This document shows positions 28,887 through 39,941 of a DNA stretch of 64,000 bases, piece after piece. Below the pieces are notes generated by a model. That model searched no databases, was not told where the DNA came from, and saw only the letters and a program-made list of their open reading frames with translations. This DNA comes from a virus. Each line of letters begins with the position of its first letter. Positions within the stretch are counted from its first letter, which is position 1. Position numbers and translations under genes: made by a program. The stretch is taken from positions 4,107 through 68,106 of the IMG/VR virus record IMGVR_UViG_3300031993_000066. The stretch is one strand, 5' to 3'.

Positions 28887-29216
28887 TCACATCCACACCT
28901 CCACGATCACCGGGTCATCCTCCGCGCTCCGCTCGAACCGCACGTAGTCCGGCGGGAGCGCCGCCCGTATCTCTTCCAGCGTGTCCTTTACCGCCAGCAT
29001 GCGGAGCGGTGCCTTTCCGTCGAAAAGCCTCGCCACGTACTTTCCGGGGAAATCCTTTGGGTTGTAAAACACCGTGAACACCGGCAGCACCTTGACCTTT
29101 TCACGCCAGTTGACGCCGTGGAAGTTATCTACGATGACGCTCACGTTCGGCGCGTTCCCTACGCGCTGCATGGCCCGCCTGCTCTTGAACAGGTGCCGCT
29201 TGTCATGCCTGTTCAT
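28887..29216 (-). CDS. Hypothetical protein
   Basis: Packed ORF; NPKDFPGKYVAR...DDPVIVEVW. Confidence 0.6.
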   Translation of the reverse strand: MNRHDKRHLFKSRRAMQRVGNAPNVSVIVDNFHGVNWREKVKVLPVFTVFYNPKDFPGKYVARLFDGKAPLRMLAVKDTLEEIRAALPPDYVRFERSAEDDPVIVEVWM

Positions 29217-29231
29217 CCTGCACCGCCTCCC

Positions 29232-29749
29232 TCAGATGGTGAACTCTTCCTCGAAGCAATCCACGCCGGTCTCCCTCTTGCATCGCTCGATGATGTCGCC
29301 GGTGCTGATCTCTTCGCACATGATTTCCTGCACCCGTTCCAACAGCCGCAGCGCCCGGTCTTTTCCGAATCCGAACAGCTCATGCGCGGCGATGGCTGCT
29401 GCCGAGTAGAAGAATTTCTGCTGGTACGGCAGCAGCTTGTCCACGTATTCCTTCGTGGCGTCGCGCCTGCCGCGCTCGTACTCATCGGTCAAATCCTGCG
29501 CCGTGATGCCGTTCTTCATCAGCCTCTCCGCCACGGCCTGCTTCCGGGCGAGCTGCGCCTGCTTCCACAGCGGGATTTCCGTCAATCCCTTCGTGCTGCC
29601 GGTGATGTCTGCGATCTTCATCTCCGCCTCTGCCTTTTTCATCAGCAGCAGATTCTCTCGCGTGTCCAGCTCCGCCATACCTTTGTTGTATTCCTGCATC
29701 GTCATCCTTTTGGCGGTCGTGTAGCGTTTCTTCGCGCTCCGCTTGCTCA
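29232..29749 (-). CDS. Hypothetical protein
   Basis: Likely start MSKRSAKK; HELFGFGKDR motif. Confidence 0.6.
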
Positions 29750-29955
29750 TCTGTAGTTCCTCCCCGTTTTGCGGTCTCGGATTTCGATTCTCGCCAGCAG
29801 GTCGTAGTCCGCGAGGTCGATCATCGTTTTCAGCGCCCGTATGAGCTGCTGACACCGCTGATCGGCTTCATCCTGCTCCGCCTGTACGCTGGACAGCGCC
29901 TTATGTGCCGTCGGGTCGACGTACCCTTCCGGGTTGCGGTAGGGGATTCCTCCGC

Positions 29956-30483
29956 TCATCCCTTTACGCACCTCCCGCATCCGTCGATCTCGTGACAGAC
30001 GCCTCCGTGGTACATGCACGTCGGCACCAGCCATCTCTCCAGTTCCGGCGTGGCCTTGATCGCTTCGTCGCACATCATCTTCACAACGTGCCGCGTCTTC
30101 GCGCTGGCCTTGCTGCACAGCCTCTTATTCGCTACGGTCATCAGTTCTTCGCCGTTGAGGTAGTAGATCATGTTGACCGGCGTGTTCCGTGGCGCTCTGT
30201 CTCCGTCGATCTTTTCCTGCCTGTCGTTCCTCAGGCTGCTGATGAATGGCACCGCGTGGACGTGTCGGGCGAGGTGCGTCGATGTGTTCGACGGGATTCC
30301 CTCGATCAGGAATGCGTAGTTCAGCACCCGGATGGGGCTGTGCCGCGCTCCCAGCAGCTTTTCCAGCAGCTCGCTGGACGGCGGGGTGTTCGGTTCCTGC
30401 GTCTTTCCCATCGTTATCCACACGCACCGCTTCAGCAGCTTCAGCTCCCTCTCTTCCGGGCCGTAAATCAGCGTGACCTTCAT
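29956..30483 (-). CDS. ThyX-like FAD-dependent thymidylate synthase homologue (divergent)
   Basis: HSPIR, HLARHV-x7-SLR, N.EEL...RLC, LVPTC...C.E...CG; start with GGAGG RBS. Confidence 0.7.
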   Translation of the reverse strand: MKVTLIYGPEERELKLLKRCVWITMGKTQEPNTPPSSELLEKLLGARHSPIRVLNYAFLIEGIPSNTSTHLARHVHAVPFISSLRNDRQEKIDGDRAPRNTPVNMIYYLNGEELMTVANKRLCSKASAKTRHVVKMMCDEAIKATPELERWLVPTCMYHGGVCHEIDGCGRCVKG

Positions 30484-30500
30484 CTGCTCATTCCTCCGTT

Positions 30501-30914
30501 TCATTTCCCGGCGAGCGCCATGTACGCTTCCGCCATCGCTTGGCTCATGCTCTGTCCGTTCTTCGCTCCGACCATCCAGCTCGGCGGCATCGGCATTCCG
30601 GGCTGCTGATACCGCCAGAGGTGCAGGCAGAACGGGAAGTTGTTGACGTATTCGCTTTCCGGCGGGTGATATTCCACGCAAACCTCTTCCGGGTAGAAGA
30701 ACGTCTTTTTCACGAGGCACATTTCGTCCCACGTCGGGCAGCGGTTCGACCAGCTCACCGACACGTGATCCCATCCACCGCCGGTGCTCCACTGCACCAT
30801 CGCCATCTTGCTGGGCCTCTTGTAGTCCAGCGCCATGCATCCCATTCCGCCGTCTTCGCCGCTTCTTATGACCTGCAATCGCGGCTGCTGCAAAATCTCG
30901 CTCAGTGTCTTCAT
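30501..30914 (-). CDS. Conserved phage protein
   Basis: GWDHVSVS..RCPTWDEMC..K..F, YVNNFPFCLHLW. Confidence 0.7.
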   Translation of the reverse strand: MKTLSEILQQPRLQVIRSGEDGGMGCMALDYKRPSKMAMVQWSTGGGWDHVSVSWSNRCPTWDEMCLVKKTFFYPEEVCVEYHPPESEYVNNFPFCLHLWRYQQPGMPMPPSWMVGAKNGQSMSQAMAEAYMALAGK

Positions 30915-32248
30915 CTTTTCCTCCCATCCGCACAGAACCATTCCGGGTCTGTGATGCAGATTCCACCGTTCTTCCAGTGCTCCGCGCACTGCCCGCACCG
31001 CACGATTTCCTCACAGATCGTCGGCGCTCTACTTACGATCTCCGCGCATCGCCTCGCCGTGTTGAACCGTTCCCGGTTCCGGGTCTCCGCGCTCTTGATG
31101 ATCGGCGCTATCCGCGCCAGCACTTCGTCCGCGTCAATCCGTCTCACCGGGCACCGCCTCCATCCTCACGCGCTGCCCGCACATCGGGCAGTAGTTGATG
31201 GGGTAGTGCATGTGCGCGGCTTCCTGCCCGTCTACCTCCATCCTGAGCGTGATCTGCCCTCCGTTGAAGAACATCAGCAGCCTTTGGTTTCCTTTCGGGT
31301 GCTCGAACAGCGCCATGCTGTACCGCCCTTCGCTGTCAGGCTTGCACCACGTGCACCGCTCCATCCTGTTGAATACTTCCTGCGCTGCGTCGATCTTCCG
31401 CTGCATCGCATCGACCCTCTTGTCGGATTCCTCGATCTCTTCCGGGGTGTAGGTCTCTCTCTCGAACGCCTCATCCCATGCTTTCGGCTTCTTCGCCATT
31501 ATTCCGCCTCCGTTCTCCATCCGCGCAGAACCAGTCTCCGTGGTGATACTCTTGGTAGTACCTGTCTTCTCCGAGCACGTTGGCGCGTCCGCTGTGCTTT
31601 TTGCAGAGCCATTCGACGCCCACGCATTTCCCGTGCTCGCAGTTCCTACAGCGCACCACCTGCGTCTGCGCTGCCGGTATGAGCTTCACGATCTTGCACA
31701 CGTCCCTCAGCTGTATCAGTGCTTCGCTCTCTTCGTCGCGGTAGCCGGGAATCTTCCGCAGCTCCCTTATCAGGGCTTCGCGGCTGATCGCGTCGGCTGT
31801 CGTGACCTGCGTCTCATTCCGCTGCTGTTGGCTGTTCACTCTCGATTACCTCCATTCGGCAGGTCGGGCAGGTGCAGCAGTGGAATGTGCCGTTCTTCGC
31901 GGTCTCGATTCTGTACTCCGCTGCGCTGGCGTCGAATACGCATCCGCACAGCCGACACTCGAACCGCTTCGCCATCGGGAATCGGGAGAGGTCTCCCTCT
32001 TTGATGATCTTCATTCCGGCTCGCCTCCCTGCTGCTCTTCGCCTCCGTCGATCTTGCATTCCTCGCAATCGTCGCCGGTCATCGCGTCCAGTGCGGCGGA
32101 CAGCGTCTCGATGACTTCGAGTGCGTCGTTCTTCAGCCGGTTCAGGCAGTAGGATGTCGGGTCGCGGTACGGGCATTCCGGGCACCGCATCTTATCGTCC
32201 GGGTTCCGTACTATGCAGCAGCGTAAGCCCTGCTTCACCTTCTCAATA

Positions 32249-32683
32249 TCAGGCATCTGTTTTCACCTCCAAAAGCTCCGGGTCTTCGTGTATGTTGCCG
32301 ATAATCGTCGCAGACGGTTTTTCTGCGTGTTGAATGTAGTGGATATCTACCGGCCATGCCGGGCCGGGTTCCGGGAACACAAGGCAGAACGCACCCTCAA
32401 TAAATCTGACTTCGCAAACGTTCGGGGTGAAATTGTCCATCCACAGGATGTCGCCCTCGAAAATCGGATTCCCGTTCTTATCGTTCATGCCGATGTACTG
32501 TCCGATTGTTTCTTCGTAAACAAGGAACCGTCCGAAAGTCATGTACCCGCCCTCGTTTTCACTCGTGATTATGCATGGCGTTGGATGCCGGGTTCCGTGG
32601 CTGTAATCTCCGTACCTGAGATAGTCGCCTTTCACCCATCCAAAACCATCAAGACGTTTCCCTCGAAACAGAATCTCTCTCAC
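32249..32683 (-). CDS. YopX-family protein
   Basis: REILFRGK, TIGQYIGMNDKNGNPIFEGDIL, IIGNIHEDPELL. Confidence 0.88.
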   Translation of the reverse strand: MREILFRGKRLDGFGWVKGDYLRYGDYSHGTRHPTPCIITSENEGGYMTFGRFLVYEETIGQYIGMNDKNGNPIFEGDILWMDNFTPNVCEVRFIEGAFCLVFPEPGPAWPVDIHYIQHAEKPSATIIGNIHEDPELLEVKTDA

Positions 32684-33238
32684 GTTTTCCTCTCCGTTCT
32701 TCTTCGCGTAACGCTTCCTGCGCTGCGTCGATGATGTCGCGCTGGCCCTTGATGCAGCCGTAGGGCCACGGCATTCCGGGGTGTGGATTCCACTGGCAAT
32801 CCTTGCATCTGTGCTGGTTTGTCTTGAAGCATTCCAGCCCGTCAATGACCTGCTGTATCGTCGGCATCGCTGTCACTCCCTATCCACGAAACTGTAAGGA
32901 GAATCGCCGTCCCTATGAGGCCGAGTAGCCCTGCACCCATCATGGCGTTCGATAGAATCTCCATCGCCTTGCTGACTATCGCGTAGAGCATCAATTTTTC
33001 CTCCCCACGCTTCGCATTTCGTCGCACCTCTTCTTTTCGCCACAGAAGATGCATAACATGCCGTGCGACAGCGTCAGGCAGCGGTTGAACATGATGCGCA
33101 GGGATTCTCTTTGGCTCTCGATTGTCTTGTCCCTGTCTTTCAGTTCAGCTCGCAGTCTCTTGACCTGCTTTTCCAAACCATCAGCTTTCTTTGTCGCATC
33201 AGAGGCGAGCGCCTCCCGCATCTCTTCAAGGTTCATCG

Positions 33239-34009
33239 CTATCCCTCCCACGGAAATTCCTGCTTGAAGTCCGCGCCCATGATCTCTCTGAGGCTCTCTT
33301 TCATAAAGACCGGGATCCCGTTGCCCTGCGCGTACCGGGCGATCTCATCCACCCATTCCTTTTCCGGGACGATCTTGCCCTTGCGGTTTCCCGTCTCCGC
33401 ACCGATGATCATCCATTGCGGGAGTTCTTTCCGCTCCGCTGCGCCGATGTAGCGGAACCGCTCGTGCAGCGGCTCGATGCTCACAAACGTGTTCACGCCC
33501 TCGCCGAAAAAGTACGGGGTATCAGGGGTCGGCGTAGAGCAGCCGAACCAGAAGTTATCCTCCGTCGGGAGCTGCCCCAGCTTTGCAAGGCTGATGTATC
33601 GTTCCGGGGCCTTCGTCAGGAACAGGTAGCGGTGCTGAGGTGCTTTCCGGCAGGCCTCGAACACTTCCTGAATCCATGCCAGCGGCACCCACTCCCCGAA
33701 AAGGTCTGCCATCGAACAGACAAAGACTGTCCGGGGCTGCTTCCACTTCTGAACTTCGTCCAATTTGTAGCGGTGGAGCGTAGGCTCGAAGTCGTGCAGG
33801 TACGGTACGATTGCACCGATCTTTCCGGGCATCGCTTTCTTTCGCGCCGGTTTGTCCAATTCGTGGATGTTCCGGCATTTCCATTCGGTCAGGTGCATCC
33901 CGAATCGGTTCGCAATCCCTCTTGCGTAGCAATACGGGCAATCGTGGTAGCAGCCGGTTACCGGGTTCCACGAGCTGTCGCACCAGTCAATCTTCGTGTT
34001 TCGTCCCAT
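33239..34009 (-). CDS. Gp37/Gp68 (DUF5131) radical-SAM-like protein
   Basis: TKIDWCDSSWNPVTGCYHDCPYCYA, FVCSMADLF, FLTK, SIEP, IIGAETG. Confidence 0.9.
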   Translation of the reverse strand: MGRNTKIDWCDSSWNPVTGCYHDCPYCYARGIANRFGMHLTEWKCRNIHELDKPARKKAMPGKIGAIVPYLHDFEPTLHRYKLDEVQKWKQPRTVFVCSMADLFGEWVPLAWIQEVFEACRKAPQHRYLFLTKAPERYISLAKLGQLPTEDNFWFGCSTPTPDTPYFFGEGVNTFVSIEPLHERFRYIGAAERKELPQWMIIGAETGNRKGKIVPEKEWVDEIARYAQGNGIPVFMKESLREIMGADFKQEFPWEG

Positions 34010-35199
34010 GTTTCGCCTCCCTCTGCCGCTCTTCGTAGTCGCGCATCACGTCTCCGTCCAGTGCGACTAAGCTGCCTTTTACTGTGATTCCTGTTACGTG
34101 CTTCACCGGGTCGTAAACAGCAGTTTCGATGGCGTTCGGATTGATGTAGGCTTCGCGGTTCTCTTTCTCGTAGTATTCGTAGCCGCTTGCGGTTCGCTTT
34201 CTTTTCATCGGCGTTCCCTTAATGAACTCCATCCTGCTTCCCCTTTCTCTGCTGCGTTGTGATGTTCCACTTGATTTTCTTCTCAAAACACGTTCTGCAA
34301 TCCGCCAGCGGGTCGTATGCGCAATGACTTCGCTTCCGGGGCCACAGGCAACCATTTGGAGAAAGAAGCGCCTCAATGATTGCTTCCTTTTGCCTCTTGT
34401 TGCAAGTTATCTCGACCATGCCGTGCTTCCTCCCTCTTTTTGATCTCCACCAGCGGGCAAAAGTCCGCCCGCCTCTTTGTGATCGAAACGTCGAATAGGG
34501 TCTTTGGAAATCCGTCTTTTCCGACCACGCCTCCGCAACACCCCTCTCCGTACATCCTGCCGTTTATGTAGAGCCTGCACTGCTGGCAGCATGATGGAAT
34601 CCGGCGCATCTTCGTCTTAATCGCTATCATGTCGTTTTCCCTCGCAGTATTCCAGACACGCCTTGCATTTCCGGGGCACCTGCTCCCCTTTGAGAATCCT
34701 GTTGTACAGCTTGCAGTTGTAGGCGTTCCACTTCTTCGTGTACCGCGCCATGATGCAAGGCTTCGTCCCTTCTTTCATGCAGGTCTCGCCTGCCGGTATC
34801 TCGACCTCTACTTTGTACACGTCCGCGCCTCCCTCTTTGCGATGATCTTTCCGGCCCATTCGAGGAAGTGCTTTCCTTCGTCGCCAAAGTATCGGATGAC
34901 GGTCTTCCGAAACTCCGCTGGCATGGCCCACTTGCACTTCCGCCCTTCGTTTTCATCGCACGGCCTTTTCCCGTCGTTGAACCGCTTGCAGGCCTCGCAG
35001 TCTGCGAGCCTGTCCAACGCCATGTTTCCCGTCTTCCTGTCTTCGTCTTCCTGCGCCATCACCATCAGGGCCTGCAGCCTGCACTTCCGGGCGAATGCCT
35101 GTAGCTTCGCGTCGTTCGGCTTTTCCTCTGCGAAAATCTTCACCGCCATCGCAAAGTCGCACACGGCATCTGTCTCGTATTGCCTCTGCCATCCGACGC

Positions 35200-35604
35200 T
35201 CATTTCCTCGCAACCCCTTTCAGGTACGCCATGATCTCTGCCGCTGCCGCTTCCCATCCGTAGCAGATGACCGCCCTGTTCCCGGCGCGGTTCAGCGCGT
35301 CAATCCATCCGCGCTGTTCGTCGGAGGTTTTGCTGCCCTTCTTCCGCTTCAGCTCGATGTACAGCGCCGCGTACTTCCCGCGTGGCACCGGCAGGCAGTT
35401 GTCCGGCACTCCCCGTTTCATGCCCTGCTTCACAAGTTCGCGGCCTGCCCTGTACGTGCGCTTTCCTTCGTTCGGGATGTGGTAGAACAGCGCCAGCTCA
35501 GGGTGAGCCGCTGTGTTCAGTTCCGCCCATTCCAGCAACCACTTTTGTTCCTGCTCTTCGAGCGGTGCCGGCATCACGTCCGCCGCTCTTTTCCTGACTC
35601 TCAT
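35200..35604 (-). CDS. VRR-NUC nuclease
   Basis: HIPNEG, GVPD, IELK, EQRGW. Confidence 0.85.
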   Translation of the reverse strand: MRVRKRAADVMPAPLEEQEQKWLLEWAELNTAAHPELALFYHIPNEGKRTYRAGRELVKQGMKRGVPDNCLPVPRGKYAALYIELKRKKGSKTSDEQRGWIDALNRAGNRAVICYGWEAAAAEIMAYLKGVARK

Positions 35605-37100
35605 TTCTGTGCCTCCGTCGCGGTGCTGGCGTTCTGCCCGTTGAAAATCTCTCCCATGTCAACCTGCTCGTACTGCTCATACGGCTGTTCCTGCGCGGGC
35701 TGCGTCGGTGCCGCCTGTTCTTCCGCCGGTGCCGATCTGTCGATGGCGTAGTACCGCATGAGCTTCTTGCTGAACAGCACACAGCACACGCCGGTGACGC
35801 CCTGCCGCTGCTTTGCGATTCCGAGGCACAGGTAGGTGAATCCCTGTCTCACGTACTCGTGGAAGAAATCCTTGTCACGCGGGTCTACAAACTCATCCTC
35901 CGCGTCGAACGGGTTATGCAGGAAGATGACGTTGTCCGCATCCTGCTCGATGGCTCCGCTGTCTTTGAGGTCTTCCAGCGTCGGCATCTTTGCCCGCGCT
36001 CCGCCCGCGAATCTCTTGACCTGCGCCAGCGCGATCACGGGGATGTTGAAATCCGTGGCGATGTTCTTCAGCGCCTTGCTGATGTGCCCGACGCGCAGCC
36101 GGTCTTCCTTGTACCTCTGCGCTGCTTCCATGAGCTGCAGGTAGTCCACCACCAGCATGTCGATCTCTCCGCGATTATGCTTGCGCTGTACCTCCGCTCT
36201 CAGGTCTTCCACCGTCCGCACCGTGAACAGGAAACTGATCGGCAGCTCTGACGCGATGCTCATGCCGTCCACCAGCCGCTCCCAGTCTTCGCTATCCAAC
36301 TTCGCCCGCCTGATCTTCGAGCCGTCCACACCGCCCGCGTAGGAGAGAATGCGCTGCCCGTACTGGATATCCGTCATCTCCCTGCTCACGATGCCGACCT
36401 TGTATCCCTGCTTCGCTGCTGCCAGCGCGACGTTCATCCCGAAAACCGATTTGCCTACCGCCGGTCTCGCACCCACGACCGTCAGTTCTCCGCCGAAGAA
36501 TCCGCCGATCACATGATCGAGGTTCCCGATTCCGCTCGTGATGCTGTTGATCTCTCCGCGTGTTCTCTGGTCTATGTACTCGTAGGTGTTGAGCAGCACG
36601 TCTTGAATGCCAACCCATTTGTGCCCGCCGACGAGCAGGTTCCCGGTGCTGTTCATCAGCTTATCAACGATTCCGTTGATGCTGTTCGCCGGGTTCTTCA
36701 AATCCTGCTGTATCTGGCCCACCAACTCGATGGCCCTGCGCCGCGCTGCCAGTTCCTTCACTATCCGGCAATGGCTCTCCACCGCCCACGCTTCCGCGTG
36801 TTTGATGCACTCGATCAGCTCTTCCGTGACGGCGCTGGCGTTCGCCGGTTCTACCCTCTGGATTACCGTGTCTATCGTCACCAGGTCTATCGTCAGGCCC
36901 TCGCTCTTTGCGAGTTTAACGGCCTTAAACGCGGCCTTATGTGTGTCGTAGTAGAAATCCTCTTCCGTAAGCTCGGAGACCACGTGGGCGCATTGGTCGT
37001 ACTTGAGGACGATGCTTCCGATCAGCGCCTGCTCCGCTGGCCCTGCCGCATATCCCGTCTGCGCCGCCGCGTCGATTATCCTCTGTTCCGTCTCGTTCAT
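35601..37100 (-). CDS. dnaB: Replicative DNA helicase
   Basis: GARPAVGKS, VVDYLQL, LKDSGAIEQDAD, AKQRQG. Confidence 0.95.
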   Translation of the reverse strand: MNETEQRIIDAAAQTGYAAGPAEQALIGSIVLKYDQCAHVVSELTEEDFYYDTHKAAFKAVKLAKSEGLTIDLVTIDTVIQRVEPANASAVTEELIECIKHAEAWAVESHCRIVKELAARRRAIELVGQIQQDLKNPANSINGIVDKLMNSTGNLLVGGHKWVGIQDVLLNTYEYIDQRTRGEINSITSGIGNLDHVIGGFFGGELTVVGARPAVGKSVFGMNVALAAAKQGYKVGIVSREMTDIQYGQRILSYAGGVDGSKIRRAKLDSEDWERLVDGMSIASELPISFLFTVRTVEDLRAEVQRKHNRGEIDMLVVDYLQLMEAAQRYKEDRLRVGHISKALKNIATDFNIPVIALAQVKRFAGGARAKMPTLEDLKDSGAIEQDADNVIFLHNPFDAEDEFVDPRDKDFFHEYVRQGFTYLCLGIAKQRQGVTGVCCVLFSKKLMRYYAIDRSAPAEEQAAPTQPAQEQPYEQYEQVDMGEIFNGQNASTATEAQK

Positions 37101-37115
37101 GCCGCGCCTCCGTCC

Positions 37116-37901
37116 CTAATAAAATTCGCCGGTGATCGCTGGCGGCTCGTTCGCCGCTGCTGCCGGTTGTTTCTGCTTCCTTGCCTGCTTGATTCTCCGC
37201 TCCAAATCCTTGCAATACGCCTGTGCCTGTTCCACTGTCGTGATGCCTATGTCCGCCCACTTGTCCAGCACCGCTTTCAGGTACTTCCACGGGTTCGACG
37301 CCTGCGCCTTATTCGTGACAACGATGGCTTCCACCACCACGTCCGCCGTGAGGTCTTTCACGTAGCTGACAAGCATCTCGCCCGCCGTCCCCGTCGGTAT
37401 CATGCCGATGTTGGCTTCGTAGGCTTTCACGACTTTCAGCCATTCCGGGTCGATGACGCCGAGCGCCGCGTCGACTTCCGGCGCTGCTTCCGGCTCCGCG
37501 TCTGCTGCGCGTTTTTTTGCTCGTTCTCTTTCGCGGTGCCTCTGTGATTTGAGGCGGTTACGCTCTCTTTCTTTTTCCCTGAACGCTATAAGCCGACCTA
37601 TGTAATCGTCCCAATCGTGGATTTCCAGTCCATCTGATGTCTTCTCGATGAAATCCGACGCGATCATCGCGTCCAAGAATACGTCCGGGTCGCCCATCCA
37701 TCCGGCTGCGTCCGCTATATCCTGCGCGTCAAGGTCTGCGAGGCTTCCGTCTTCCGTGCCGTCCACGCACCAAAGCCAGAACAGGCACAGGTGGCCGATA
37801 GTCTGTGGAATCCCTTGCGGCACTCCCAGCCCCAACGCCCTCGCCAGCCGCCGGGTCTTCTTATGCGTGGTGAGCGACTGGTGCAGCTCTATCCATGCCA
37901 T
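37116..37901 (-). CDS. Replication initiator with C-terminal DnaD-like domain
   Basis: MAWIELHQSL..HKK, IHDWDDY; WKYLKAVLDKW..GITTVEQA. Confidence 0.85.
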   Translation of the reverse strand: MAWIELHQSLTTHKKTRRLARALGLGVPQGIPQTIGHLCLFWLWCVDGTEDGSLADLDAQDIADAAGWMGDPDVFLDAMIASDFIEKTSDGLEIHDWDDYIGRLIAFREKERERNRLKSQRHRERERAKKRAADAEPEAAPEVDAALGVIDPEWLKVVKAYEANIGMIPTGTAGEMLVSYVKDLTADVVVEAIVVTNKAQASNPWKYLKAVLDKWADIGITTVEQAQAYCKDLERRIKQARKQKQPAAAANEPPAITGEFY

Positions 37902-37956
37902 TGCTCCGCTTCCTTCCTGCTGCCGGGGAGATGGCCTCTCCCCGGCAGCGCATCCT

Positions 37957-38769
37957 TTACGCGATGACTTCCACGTTGTACCCGGCGAGGTTCGCTTTCA
38001 GGTACTCCGCTATGTTCGCAACGGCTTCCAGCTTCCACGCGCTGCCGTCGCCGGTGAACAGCGCCGCCCGTGCGTCTTCGTTGAATCGAAGGATGAACGG
38101 GCTTTCCGGCTGGTTGACTTCGCGGAACGTGCGGAACGGGGTCAGAATGACCGGGTTCTTCACAATCACGTCAGAGGCCGTCGCCACGCCGGTGTTGATC
38201 GTGACCTTCTGACTGGTGCCATCGTCCGCCGTCTGCATGGACTGTTCTTTCCTGACGCTGCCCGCCAGCTTCAAAACGATGGCGCGGTTGTCGCTATCCT
38301 CGAAGCTTGTCTGCACCATGATCTGGAAATCGTCCGTGTCCATGAATCTGCCGAACGTGATGTCCGGCACCACCGCCGCGCACTGCGCCACGATGACGCG
38401 CTCCAGCCAGTAGCCGGTGGTGGGGCTGATGACCTCGACCTTCGTTGGGCTGGTGACGCGGACGACGTGCCGGAACTTATCGTTTTTGAAAATGCCGTCC
38501 ACATCGGTCTTGATGTAGTCGATCAGGCCATCAAGCGAGAACGCCGTGAAGGTGTCCGGCTTCACGATCTTGTCCGGCAGCACCGGCTTCACAAGCTGGA
38601 AGCTGTTTCCCGCGCTGATGTAGGTGTGGCCGTCAATTGTGAACAGTTCAGGTCGAAGATTCTTGTCGATCTTCATCTGAGCCTCTACTCCCGCTTTGTA
38701 CAGGAACTCGATCTCCGCGCGGGCCGCTTCCGGGGTGATGGTCTGAGGGTTGATCTCTTTCGTCGCCAT
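37957..38769 (-). CDS. Conserved phage protein
   Basis: DDGTSQKV, NPVILTPFRTFREVNQPES. Confidence 0.75.
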   Translation of the reverse strand: MATKEINPQTITPEAARAEIEFLYKAGVEAQMKIDKNLRPELFTIDGHTYISAGNSFQLVKPVLPDKIVKPDTFTAFSLDGLIDYIKTDVDGIFKNDKFRHVVRVTSPTKVEVISPTTGYWLERVIVAQCAAVVPDITFGRFMDTDDFQIMVQTSFEDSDNRAIVLKLAGSVRKEQSMQTADDGTSQKVTINTGVATASDVIVKNPVILTPFRTFREVNQPESPFILRFNEDARAALFTGDGSAWKLEAVANIAEYLKANLAGYNVEVIA

Positions 38770-38790
38770 GTGTTTTCTCCGTCCTTTCTC

Positions 38791-39168
38791 TTACTTTTCC
38801 TGCGCTTTCGCGCTGCTGAACTCCACCACGCGGGGGAGTGCCTGCGTGTTCCCGTCCATGTCGATCTGTCCGGGGACTTCCTTCGTCATCTCCGTCGCGG
38901 TGACGTTGCCGGAATCGTCCATGTGCAGGAATACCGTCTGCGCAATCGCCACCGGCGGAGCGATCTTGCTCTTCACGTCCACCTTGAACTCCGCCGCGTC
39001 CCGGCGCTCGTTCGGCGCGATGTCGATGACGATCTGGATTTGCCGCTTCGCTTTCGGATTCGTGTTCGGGTCGAACACGTTGCCGAGCACCCGCTCCATC
39101 TCCATGTTGAATCGCTCCGTCAGAGCGCCGTCCATCAGTTCGTCGAGCTGCTTGATCTGCCTTGCCAT
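38791..39168 (-). CDS. Conserved phage protein, partner of preceding gene
   Basis: GALTERFN...NVFDPNT..KAKR, VPGQ. Confidence 0.7.
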   Translation of the reverse strand: MARQIKQLDELMDGALTERFNMEMERVLGNVFDPNTNPKAKRQIQIVIDIAPNERRDAAEFKVDVKSKIAPPVAIAQTVFLHMDDSGNVTATEMTKEVPGQIDMDGNTQALPRVVEFSSAKAQEK

Positions 39169-39185
39169 GCCTTTCTCACCTCCCT

Positions 39186-39941
39186 TCAAAACGGCGTAAG
39201 GTTGAGCTTGTATGTCTTTCCTGCCTCTGCCGCCCACACGTCTTCGATGCCCGCCGTGGCCTTGATTGTCTCCACCATCTGCTTTTCGTCGCTGCGTTCA
39301 TCGCTAAGGTGAACGAGCACGATTGCCCGAGTCTCTGTGAGGTCGTTCGCTTCCAGCGCGTCGCACAGCCTCCGCAGGCTCATATGGCTCTTGATGAGGC
39401 GCCCACGCAATTCCTCCGCCAGCTCCCCGGCTTCGAGCTGTTCCTGCAGGATGGCTTCCGTGTAGTTGCACTCCACAATCCAGTAGTGGATGCCGGGGAA
39501 GGTGTGCCGCAGGTAGTACGTGTCCGTGGCGTACAGAGCGGTCTCGCCTGTCGGCTCGTATCGAATGAGCCACCCAACGGGCTGAGCGGCGTCATGCTCC
39601 GTATCAAACGCCATAACGGTGAAATCCCCTATGGCGAAGCTGCGTAAGCTCTCAGCCCTATTTAACTGCGTTAAACGGCCTATCCGTGGAATCGCCTCGA
39701 TGGTGCCCTGCGTGGCGTAGGTGCGGATTCCGTACTTTGAGATTTCCTCCGCGCTCCTTGCGTGATCGAGGTGCTCATGGGTTATCAGGCACCCGACCAC
39801 GCTCCGCCAGCCCTTGACGGCCTTGACGATCTGCATCACCGGCAATCCTGCGTCCAGCATGAGCGCCTGCCCGTGCGCTCCGCCTGCGTGGAGGACGTAG
39901 CAGTTGCCGCTACTGCCTGTCCCGACTACCTGCAGTTCCAT
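39186..39941 (-). CDS. MBL-fold metallo-hydrolase
   Basis: GSSGNCY, THEHLDH, HDA, TDT, ECNY, SHMS, HLS. Confidence 0.9.
   Translation of the reverse strand: MELQVVGTGSSGNCYVLHAGGAHGQALMLDAGLPVMQIVKAVKGWRSVVGCLITHEHLDHARSAEEISKYGIRTYATQGTIEAIPRIGRLTQLNRAESLRSFAIGDFTVMAFDTEHDAAQPVGWLIRYEPTGETALYATDTYYLRHTFPGIHYWIVECNYTEAILQEQLEAGELAEELRGRLIKSHMSLRRLCDALEANDLTETRAIVLVHLSDERSDEKQMVETIKATAGIEDVWAAEAGKTYKLNLTPF

Noticed and set aside
30484-31014. N-terminal extension on the ThyX-like ORF
   Set aside because: Overlaps a better-supported gene in another frame
30911-32876. Cys-rich small paralogues (WFCADG; CxxCP motifs) as a novel system
   Set aside because: Common filler families in phage replication regions; no additional structure seen
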